A stretch of 64,000 bases of DNA. Source: Okamejei kenojei. Taxonomy: Eukaryota. Below, one piece after another: positions 25,539 through 36,168 of the stretch. The stretch spans positions 28,706,001 through 28,770,000 of the forward strand of contig CM069144.1 of assembly GCA_035221665.1 (NCBI GenBank). Direction: 5' to 3'. The notes under the pieces were generated by a model that saw only the letters and a list, made by a program, of their open reading frames with translations, was not told where the DNA came from and searched no databases. A program made the translations under genes and the position numbers. The stretch's first letter is position 1. The number at the start of each line of letters is the position of its first letter.

Positions 25539-26488
25539 ATTATCAAAATCTTCAAAGGGACAAAATAAGAGGGCAGGCCACTTTGATAGGCCTATGCAAT
25601 TAACAAAAGAAGTTTTGTTGGAATTACCATGGTGGGATAAAAATGTTCCACAAGCTGCTAAAAACATTCTGATTAAACAGCCTGAAATTGTTTATAAATA
25701 GATGCTAATGCTCTCGGATGGGGGGGGTAACAGATTCATCCTCCAGTTGTGGAGGTAGATGGAAAGTCCAAGAAGAAACGTTTCTTCAAACTTATGGTAT
25801 TAACTATTTAGAGTTATTGGGTGCTTTCTATGGTCTAAAAGCATATTGCTGTTCAAAAAAGGGTCTACATGTATTAATACAGTTAGACAATAAAACGGCT
25901 GTTGCATATATTAATCACATGGGGGGAGTCAGATCAGTATCATGTGATTGTCTGGTCAATGAAATATGGCAATGGTGTATTGATCGCCAAATTTGGATTT
26001 CAGCAAACTACATTCCAGGTAAAGACAATGTGGTGGCAGATAAAAGATCAAGGATATTTAAAGATAACACAGAATGGATGCTTAATCCAGCAATATTTAA
26101 GAATATTGTAACTCAATTTGGTTTACCAGAAATTGATTTGTTTGCATCAAGGCTTAATCATCAATTGCCTAAATATGTGTCTTGGGAACACGATCCAGAT
26201 GCAGTAGCAGTAGATGCTTTTTCATTGAACTGGGGGAATATGTTCTTTTATGCTTTTCCACCTTTTGCTTTGGTTCAGCAATGTCTGAAGGAAATAGAAC
26301 AAGATTCTGCCACAGGATTGTTGGTAGTTCCAAATTGGCCAACACAACCTTGGTTCCCATTAATGCTGAATATGATTAAAGAACCATATATGTCAATTCC
26401 TAACTGTAGTGATATTTTGATTAATCCAGTAACCAAAGAAATTTATCCATTATATGCATATATGAATTTATTAATCTGCAGGTTTTGA
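25539..26488 (+). pseudogene. DIRS RNase H plus Dam-like methyltransferase-like domain
   Basis: DANALGWGG, INYLEL, DNKTAVAYINHMGG and IPGKDNVVAD (RNase H). DLFASRLN..YAFPPF..PNWPTQPWFP (MT-like). Confidence 0.9.
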
Positions 26489-26489
26489 C

Positions 26490-27511
26490 CAGACCACTAC
26501 AGGAGCTGGGATTGTCGGACAAAACTATGGAAGTTATAGTCGCATCATGGCGAGATAACACACAAAAAACAATATATGACACATATTAAGAAATGGGAAG
26601 AATTTTGCACACAGTCAAATATTTCTTATGATACTGTGAATATTGCATGTTTGATATTGTGATTCTGTGATATTGCATGAAAAATGTATTGGAGCTCCTT
26701 GCTAAATTGCATTTTGAGCAACATTTAAGTTACAGTGCCACTAACACTGCACGCAGTGCCTTATCATCTTATTTAGGACTTATGTCTGACCAGAAATCAA
26801 TTGGATCACATCCACTAATATCTAGATTCATGAAAGGAATCTTTAACATTAATCCACCCAAACCTAGATACACAGAGATTTGGGATGTGAGCATTGTACT
26901 TACCTTACTTAGACAGTGGACTCCAATTGAAGGATTGTCATTGGAAAGATTAACATTCAAATTAATAATGTTAATATCATTGGTTTCAGCTCAAAGAGTG
27001 CAAACTTTACAAATGTTGCGTTTAGACTGTATGCATGTGACTACAGATAACATTGTGTTCTATGTTTACGATCTGATCAAACAAAGCAGACCAGGAAGAA
27101 CTGGAGCAAAGGTAATCTTTCAAGCTTATCCTATTGATCCTACTTTATGTGTAGTTAGACATTTGAACCAATATATAAAAGTTACCAAAACTCTTCGAGG
27201 AAATGAAATAACGTTAATGATTACGCATAAAAAACCACACACTAAAGCTTCAGTTCAAACTATCTCAAAGTGGTTGAAACAGTTGTTACTGTTAGCAGGA
27301 GTAGACACTGATGTGTTCAAATCTCACTCCACCAGGGCAGCAGCTACGTCCGCGGCAAAGGTGCGGGACGTACCGCTCGAGCATATTTTTAAAAAAAATA
27401 AAAAAATAAAAAATCGCAGGGTGGAGTAAAGAAGAAACTTTTTCAAAGTTCTACAATAAACCTGTTCACACTATGACAAGTTTTGGCCACGCGGTGTTGG
27501 GATCACTATAG
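26490..27511 (+). pseudogene. DIRS tyrosine recombinase, with small insertions
   Basis: ASWRDNT..KW N-terminal part, TARSALS, SAQRVQTL (catalytic R), HSTR box, then AGWS..F.KFYNKP with the catalytic Tyr after a frameshift. Confidence 0.9.
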
Positions 27512-27745
27512 TCAACTGCTTTGTTTACTATTGAATGCTATAATCAGTTATGTAGTCACTTATATCTTTTATCACTTGTAATCATTCCCTCGGATACAAG
27601 GAGGGTTATTATATGTTCTTTAAACCATTAAAAAGTTAATTATGGAAAGAACTAATATTAGTCTGGTTTCTCATGTATGTATTTACTTAGCCGGACTGTC
27701 GTACTGATTAATTCTACGACATAAAAAACACAGAAAGCTTTAAAA

Positions 27746-27858
27746 TCTTCACGTAGTCACTCACGTGACTCCGAAGTAAAATAGTAAGATTAAACGAGAA
27801 CTTACCAGTTCGAAGTTTGATCGTTATTTTATGAGGAGTTACGATGAGGGATTACGTG
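27746..27858 (+). repeat. DIRS internal complementary region (complement of the circle junction)
   Basis: Reverse complement reads right end..CTTACT-ATT-TTACTTCGG..left end. Confidence 0.93.
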
Positions 27859-28899
27859 AAGAGCCCGCCTCACGCTGGCAAACGGCATACTTCAAAGCAG
27901 CGGCATGAAAAACACAGAACACCAAATAGCCGAAGTAACATAGTAAGGCTCATAATAGACTTAGAACTACCAGATGATCATTTATTTTATGAGGGTGGGA
28001 GTGGAGGGCACGTAATCCCTCATCGTAACTCCTCATAAAATAACGATCAAACTTCGAACTGGTAAGTTCTCATTTAATCTTACTATTATATCAAGGATAA
28101 TAGAGTCAAGGACTCTATGATAATATGTTTCATATACATAGCTTGGTTCCATAGTCTGATATTCCCACGTCAAACACCTAATTTAAAATTTCATTAGAGT
28201 CTCTGGTTATCAGCATTTGGGGAACTAGAATTCCAGCTTTCCATTACTTTTTGGGTATATAAGCACGCATAGTCTATTGTTGATGTAGTGGTGAGGGGAA
28301 AGTGTTCAGTGCAAAGAGAAACAGCAACGTTCAAAGCATTTTTAATATTTTCGCAAAGTACAGCTGAAATGTTTAAATTGCATATGAGTTGCATAACTAG
28401 ACATGGATGAACTATTTGCACATCTGGTGCCAGCGAAGCAATTTGAGGTAATAATTCAAGTGTAGGGATAATAAGTGAATGGTTTTGGATCAATATTATA
28501 GCATTTAGACTTATCTTTCCTTTTATTACTTATCACTCCTCGCTTTTAACCAGCGGTTGCAAGCAGTAGACGATAGACAATCGTGCAGGAGTAGGCCATT
28601 CGGCCCTTCGAGCCAGCACGCCATTCAATGTCATCATGGCTGATCATCCCCAATCAGTAAACAAGACTGTGACGATTTAGAAGTATGAGCTACGATCAAG
28701 TCCAAGTTTGTAGCCAGTTGTATCACGCTTCTCTAAAGGCATAGAGGCAGAGGTGTGTTATTACTTAGAATAAACTTTAATTTATCATGTTGTCTAAACA
28801 TGGTCATCCAGTTTTAGATCAATATTCAAGACAAGTCTCGGCGTAGGTTCAATGGTATTACTCTTTGTTTTGCGGGATAAGGTTGCCAGCTCGAGGTAT

Positions 28900-29130
28900 G
28901 TTCCCGAGACCTGAGAACAAAATCTGGACTGCCACTCCAATGCAGCATCATTGGAGATGCAGTCTTTTGTCTGACCTCCCATGTAGGCACAAAAGGTCCC
29001 TGGGCACTTCTTTAACTTCTCCTCACACCTAACTAACAAAAGATCCTCCAACTAACATTACAACGAGACAGATTACATAAAGCATTTCCCACCCTGACGT
29101 TTGAGTAAACTGGTCACTTTGTTTTTCTGC
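28900..29130 (+). mobile_element. Deu-SINE-like relic (AmnSINE1/SacSINE1 type)
   Basis: Resembles the recalled Deu core (ggagatgcagtctttt..aaaggtccctgggcact). Similar relics at ~32020-32290, ~35940-36165 and ~54080-54260. Confidence 0.45.
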
Positions 29131-29224
29131 ATGACAACATTTTAGGTTGCAAACTGCTTTAGGAAATTCTGAGGATGTGAATATTGCAAGTTCACAGTCT
29201 CAAGAATTTGCCCACAGAGCCATC

Positions 29225-29870
29225 TAAAGCAAAATATCAAATGCTGGAGGTAGTGGGTCAGACAGCATCGGTGGAGGGAATGGACAGGCAACGTTTCGGC
29301 TCGGGGCACCATCAGATGATGGAGTTTGGGGGAGAAAGCTGGAAATGTGAATGGGGCCAAGCCTGGCAAGTAATAGATAGACACGGGTGAAGGAGATTTG
29401 ATTGGCAGATGGGTGGAGTAAGTGATAAAAGTTTGAGGTGAAAAGGATCCAAAAGGTTGTGAGGTACGAGAGGAGTGAAATGTGAAGCTAGCGGGGAGGG
29501 ATATGGATGGAAGAGGACAGGTGAGAGGGAAAAGAGAGAGAAAACAGAGATAGATGTTTGGGGATGGGAATGAGGATAGGAGGGGAAAGGAGCAGCATGG
29601 CTTGGGAGTGGAAGATGGTGGGAGAAATGTGTGTGCACTGGGGTGGGGGCAGGGAGTACAGAAAACTAAAAGAGTGGAGGGGATATTACTTGAAATTGAA
29701 GACTTCAATGCTTGTACTGTTGAGTTGTAAGCTATCCCAGCAGAATATTGGGTGCTGTTGTTCCAGTTTGCGTGTGGCCTCATTTTGGCAATGGAGGCCA
29801 AGGACAGAAATGTTATGGGAATGGGAAGGGGTGTTAAAATAGTTTGCAATTGGCCTTGGCAGACTGAACA
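29225..29870 (-). mobile_element. Penelope-like 3' fragment
   Basis: ANYFNTPSHSH..HCQNEATRKLEQQHPIFC, the GIY-YIG C-terminus, plus a terminal arm. Confidence 0.75.
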
Positions 29871-32466
29871 TATACCTCCAGATTCAGGAATAGTTTCTTC
29901 CCAGCTGCCATCTGGCAACTTAACAGTGCTCTCATCAGTTCGAGTTCAGTCCTAATCTCTCACTACCTCACTGGAGACCTGAACTATCTTTAATTGGACT
30001 TTATTAATACTTTATATTGCACTAAATGTAATACCCTTTATCCTTCATCTGTGCGCTGCGGACGGCCTGGTTGTAATCATGTACAGATGTATCTCTTCTT
30101 TGACTGGATAGCACACAAACAAAAGCTTGTCACTGTACCTGGGTACAACTACACATTCAGTGAAATGGTTTCTTAGTCTATGCCTGCTTTCATCGACGTC
30201 AAGGTCACATTGTGCCTTCTCTACATGCACCTAAAGCAGCTACTTGAGTGAGGTATCAGGTAGCAATTGGGCGGGAGTTGTATTCTAAAAACCTCACACC
30301 CTCTTCGAAGAAAAGCGGAGATAACCATTTACTTATTAACCTGTTATCCGTCCTTGTAAATAAAGGAAATTACTACTTTAACCTGGATGCTGAGCAAGAG
30401 CTCAATCAAACTCCACTGGAGGAAATGTAACAAAAAAGAATTGCAGATGCTGGTTTATGCTGGAGTGCCTCAGCTGGTCAGGCCGCATCTCTGGAGAACA
30501 TGGCTAGGTGCCTTTTGTTTGGGACCCTTCTTCAGCCCGAAGTCACCTATACATTTTCTCATGAGATGGTGCCTGACCCGCTGAGTTACTCCAGCATTTT
30601 GTGGTTATCCACTGGAAGAAAGTTGCTCTCGCTACTTACTTACTTACTGCCTATTATGCCTGCTGGATAATAAAGGTCCTCCACTCACTAGTGTTGATTC
30701 CTTCAGTAGCTGTTTCCATAACATATTTGTTTTACAAGAAAGGGTTGTTAGCCCTGTGCTCAACCTCCAACCTGGAGAACCAGTAGATCGCTCTTCATCT
30801 CGCCTCTACCCTTCGACCTGTCCAGCATGGGAGACCCTAACAGGAGACAAATCTCTTGCTGGCATAGCTCTAGGGGTCACTGAGACACACAAGCTCCCCA
30901 AGGTTACAATCCAATTCACCATTCCAATCCAATCCATTCCAATCCAATCCAATCCATTCAGCCTTCACAATCTTTCAATTTCATTCTCAAACTATATGCA
31001 ATCATGATTTTTTTAATCCTAGATTAAACAAGTTTTAGATGGTCAGCTTCATTTAGCAGGGCCTCTCTCACCTCCTCACTGGTAATCCCACAGTGGTGTA
31101 TGTGGGAGGTGCAGGCTGGGACGTAGCCTAGCAACACAAAGGACCCACGCAGCAGCAGCAACAGCACCGCAGTTACACATCAGCTCCATCATTGTCGCAA
31201 CCACCAATCATCTTTAACCAGGTCAACCTGCTGCAGTGGCTGGGAGAGGTGTTTGAATTAAGCATCAGTATCAGGTCAAAATATACATCGGTGCACTTGA
31301 ACACAGAAATCTAAACACACATACACACCATTTACACAAATAGAAACAACTGAATTGATCATGTTACTTTATCTGCTTAAGGTTCATCCAACAGTTCATC
31401 CAATCTCTTCTCCATTCCTGATAGAGCTTTAAAAAGAAGTAATCGTATAAAATGTAGAAGACTAAACGTTTGAAATATTGAATTAAATCCCTGTGCTTTT
31501 CCTTCGGTTTGACGGCTTCAATTTGCCTATGGCCGGCCTCCCTCGTCCTAATCCCCATAAACTGGAGGACATCCAAAGACCACCTACCCATGTCCTAACG
31601 CCAAGCTACTGTACATGCACATATCACTCCGGCTTTTTATCTAAATTTACTCCCAGTTAAGCAGAGCCTTAATATTTACAATTCTCAGCCTTGTTTTCAA
31701 ATCTCCCTCATTTACCCGCTTCCCAACTCTGTAATCCATTGAGGCATCAATGTTCCACATACCTGGCCTCTTGCTCATCCACGTTTCTACTGACAATGGC
31801 TTAAACTTTAGAATTTCCCTCCTTTATCCCTTTGCTTCCCCACTACTTCTTCCTTCATTATGACAATCATTCTGGCCAAGCTTTTTTTTAAATCATGTAT
31901 TAAGATGTCAATATCTTCCTCCTGGATATGACTGAAAAATTCATCAGAAGTCAGTTTCACTTCAATTAATAGTACTTTTGTTTTTGGGTCAGGTTATGGC
32001 TACACCACCCAAAAAGCCCAGACTGACATTGCCAATATAATACTAAGGTAGCACTCCACTGTAAGCAATGGTGCCACTTAAATAGTGCATTGTGAGCCCT
32101 TATCCATAGACACCGAGAACCTCATGGCAGCAGTATTAAGTTTCCTGGTTCCTCGTCCCATAATTATCCCTCAAATAACTACACTAACACAGATGATCCA
32201 CTCATTATTTATCGCTGTTTGTGAAATCCTACATTTGGTCAGTGACTCCTGCAGTGCACATGACTATATGTCTTGTCCAAGTGCTCTGTAGATCCTTATA
32301 GGCCTTATCTAAACATGTACACTTCACTTTCATCATGAAAACCCAGAAAGATAACATCTCTGCTCTCTCCACAGTGTAACAAAAGCTCAAAGGATTCATT
32401 CCAAGCGTCCTAGGACTGTTGCATGTGAAAAGATTACGTTAACTAGATGTGTATTCACTGGCTTTT

Positions 32467-32695
32467 AGAAACATAGAAAATAGGTGCAGGAGTAGGCCAT
32501 TCGGCCCTTCGAGCCTGCACCGCCATTCAATATGATCATGGCTGATCATCCAACACAGTATCCTGTACCTGCCTTCTCTCCATACCCCCTGATCCCTTTA
32601 GCCACAAGGGCCACATCTAACTCCCTCTTAAATATAGCCAATGAACTGGCCTCAACTACCTTCTGTGGCAGAGAATTCCAGAGACTCACCACCAC
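32467..32695 (-). mobile_element. Young CR1 3' end, nested in an older CR1
   Basis: Near-identical to 7840-8065. Another copy at ~33540-33725. Confidence 0.85.
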
Positions 32696-34000
32696 TTTTG
32701 GAAGAATGAGAAGAAATCCTGTTGAACTGCAGAAAATGTTGGCCGGGCATGATAGACAGGGTGGATGTTTTGCCTGGCTGAAGGTGTCTAGGAATCAGGG
32801 GTCATAATCTCACAATATGGAATCAGTGATTTACGAGCGAACCTCCATGACTTAGTAAGCAAAATTCTCAACCACAAAAGATGCAGAGGTCACATTGCTG
32901 AATACGTGCCAAAGTGTGAAATGCACAAAACTAGGGACGAGGTTCAATATTAATCTGCATGATGGAAACTAATCCCATTGGAAAGATGCTCAGCACTATC
33001 CCTCAAAGCAAAATGTTGGGTTCATCTACAGGAAGAATGAAGGTAGGAAAATGGGGTTGAGAGGGAAAAAAAGAAATCAGCCATCATCGAGTGGTGGAGT
33101 AGACATGATGGGCTGAATGGCCTAATCCTGCCCCTATGTCTTATGGTCATGGCAGCTCAGCATTATTATCTCAAAAATAAGTGTTAATGTACAATATATA
33201 AGTTCAGCAGCATTAATTTATAGGTTAATTTATAGGTGTTGGAAGAAAACAGTGTAAAGTGAAAAGAAGATGGTAGATCAATGTTACTCTGTAGGAGGGA
33301 ACTCAATGTTACACTTTGGAAAGGATGTTCATTCCTTCTTGTAGTGAAGGAGGCTCAAGGATATGATACTTGATTGTCAAATGTACCTAGGTACCGTGAA
33401 ATGTTTTGTTTTAATCATACAGCAGCCTTCACCTAGGCAGTAGAGGAGTCGCCTCTTGGGGCTCAAGATTAAACCATGGGAAGGAAGCTCAGTGTTACAA
33501 CAATGGAAAGATTGATTAGGGTTGCTCCCTGGTAATGAGACATAGAAACATAAACATAGAAATTAGGTGCAGGAGAAGGCCATTCGGCCCTTCGAGCCTG
33601 CACCGCCATTCATCAATATGATCATGGCTGATCATCCAACTCAGTATCCCGTACCTGCCTTCTCTCCATACCCCCTGATCCCCTTAGCCACAAGGGCCAC
33701 ATCCAACTCCCTCTTAAATATAGCTATGTATTAGGTCAAATTGGGAAGGGAGAGTCAGAAGAGGGTCCTGACCCAAGATGTCACCTATCCATTCCCACCA
33801 GATGCTGCCTAACCTGCTGTATCAGTACTTTGTGCTCATTCTTGCTCCACATGAAGGAAGTTCAGTGCTACTCCATTCTGTGTTTCTTCCCAGGACACAA
33901 TCTCTGTATTCTTGTATAGGATGGAGTTGTTTTTAAACTCCAAAAGATGGAAGCTTCGTGCTCCTCTATAACATACAAGATGACTGTAAAGTAAAAAAGT

Positions 34001-34302
34001 AAGGGTTACACAAAAAGCTGGAGAAACTCAGCGGGTGCAGCAGCATCTAAGGAGCGAAGGAGATAGGCGACGTTTCGGGTCGAGACCCTTCTTCAGACTG
34101 GTCATGGATCATGGAAACGAGAGATATAGACGGTGATGTGGATATATCTCGTTTCCCTGATCCCTGACCAGTCTGAAGAAGGGTCTCGACCCGAAACGTC
34201 GCCTATCTCCTTCGCTCCTTAGATGCTGCTGCACCCGCTGAGTTTCTCCAGCTTTTTGTGTAACCCTTGATTCTCCAGCATCTGCAGTTTCTTCGTTAAC
34301 AC
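34001..34302. mobile_element. Penelope-derived fold-back element with two hammerhead-like cores
   Basis: Long palindrome 34001-34268. TSD aagtaaaaaagtaa at 33989-34002 and 34303-34316. CTGAAGA..GAAACGTC on both strands. Confidence 0.85.
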
Positions 34303-35190
34303 AAGTAAAAAAGTAAAGTGCCCTTTATTGTCATTCAAAATTTTGGTTTGAACGAAATTACGTGCCTTGCAGTCATGACAGAGAATAAAATAACACAATG
34401 AACACAGTTTAACATCCACCAAGGTACGCAAAAAGCTGGAGAAACTCAGCGGGTGCAGCAGCATCTAAGGAGCGAAGGAGATAGGGAACGTTTCGGCCGA
34501 AACCCTTCTTCAGACTTAACCTCCACCACAGTGAGTCTACTAAGCACCTCCTCACTGTGATGGAAGGCAAAAGTCTTAAAGTCCTTGTCTCTTCCTTCCT
34601 TGTTCTCCCTCTGCGTTGAGGCGATCCAGGCTTTCGATGTTGGGCCCCATGGTAAGTCCCACGGCTGAATCCGAGCTTCGCGAACAGGCCGGTTCTAACT
34701 CCGGGGCGGACGAAGCTGTCCCCCTCCAGTCCAGCGGACGAAGCTGTTGTTGCGGGAGCTCCGGAGAATCGGTCACCAACCTGGGACCTGCGAGCTCCCG
34801 ATGTTGCCGTCCACTGGGCTCGCGGCCGAATCCTCCGAGGCTCCGCAGTCGGGCCGCCGCCGCAGCGCCACCTCAGTCCCGGAGTCGGCCAGCTTTGCGA
34901 TGGTGAGTCATGGTTCTGCCTCCGGAGCCTCGAGGTCGGTCCCAGTTGGAGGCCGCCAGCTCCGCGATTCGGCCTCAGCGCAGACGGATTATGGCAAAGA
35001 AAAGGTCGCGTCCCCCCCCCCCCCCCCCCACAAGGAAGAGACTAAAACAAGTATCCCCCGCCCCCCACACATACACAACTAAAAATAAAATAAAACATAC
35101 GACCAACAGGACAAAAGAAAACAAAAAAAAAAGAAAAAGACAGACGGACTGCAGGCGAGCCGCAGCTGCCTGGGCAGTGCCGCCACATCC
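34303..35190 (-). mobile_element. GC-rich non-autonomous retroelement, family unassigned
   Basis: Minus strand: CpG-rich body, gacaataaa, then a (TTTAC)-like tail. Contains a Penelope-arm insert at 34422-34515 with a 13-bp imperfect TSD. Related ends at ~17870 and ~33360. Confidence 0.6.
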
Positions 35191-36168
35191 GAATAAAACT
35201 ATTAACTTCCTTTTTTGTGAACTCTTTACATAACCATCTAACACAACCTACTGCATCTCATGTCTAAATAGTAGGAATAACTTGCATGATTCATTGGAAT
35301 AATATATTTTATGAGTCCTCGGAAAAGGATGTCTGATGTCACACGTTACATGAATGGTCCAGAGCTACTTGATCTGGATTTTTATCCCCAGACATGGGCT
35401 AAGGAGGGGAAATTGTCTCAGCACCCATTCCCTGTTGGAATATACATGTGGTCACTAAGGTGCACTCTTCTATGAGGCATCCTAAAAATCTTTCACAATA
35501 TCGGACCTCTCCATTTGCTTTAGTCTATGAAACAATGTCACTGTTTTAACATAGGAAAGAGAGCTGGGAAATGACATTCATGGGTGAGTGTGATGCGTGA
35601 CAATGATCGTAACATAATTGTTATTGATTTAATCAAGAAATGCAAGTGATTATATTGACAGTATGCATCTGCCGAAGGCAGTGGAGCACAAAATGAACAC
35701 AGGAATAGACTACAGGACATGGTAAGAAGGTGACCTGATCGCTGGTCTCAGATAGGGACCTCTATGTGGGATTGTGTTCAGCCAGTCATTGATTATAATT
35801 CAATATCAGATATACCAGACAACTGGTGAATCTATGGTCGCAAGTTGCAAGGTTTTGCGTCTTTGAAGACACAAGCCACATAACCTGTAGTCCAGTGAAA
35901 TAAATGGAGACTAGTTTACCATCTCAGACAACAACTTGCAGAGGAGACGTTAAATCAAGGTCCATCTCCATATCTGGTTGGATGTAAAATTGGACCATTT
36001 CAGAGTAGAGTAATGGAATTGTCCCATATCCCAGCAGTTACCAGAACAATAAGATGATATTACTGTATTGCCCCTTATGCAGCTTTGATATAAGCAGATG
36101 AGATGATATGTTTCCCGTAACATAATAATTACATCTATAATAAAGAGTGCTATAAAGTGCTGAGGGAC

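Larger units (their letters stand above)
19403..28087 (+). mobile_element. DIRS1-like tyrosine-recombinase retrotransposon with both ends present, interrupted by an L1
   Basis: Internal complementary region 27746-27858 is the reverse complement of the left end (19403-19439, 37/37) and the right end (28009-28087, 78/79). ATT at both ends. Contains RT, RNase H, MT-like and YR domains. Confidence 0.95.

Noticed and set aside
25718-27429. Phage-like integrase plus methyltransferase suggesting a prophage or bacterial contamination
   Set aside because: Both domains are standard parts of DIRS1-like retrotransposons, and they sit between DIRS termini with RT and RNase H.
28794-29051. 85-aa minus-strand ORF with a plausible composition
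   Set aside because: Overlaps the antisense strand of a Deu-SINE-like relic.
29142-29918. 258-aa minus-strand ORF
   Set aside because: Low-complexity frame over a Penelope fragment and its pyrimidine-rich 3' region.
34576-35244. Overlapping ORFs and a CpG island suggesting a gene start
   Set aside because: High GC suppresses stop codons. The region lies inside a repeat-like element and has no recognisable domain.
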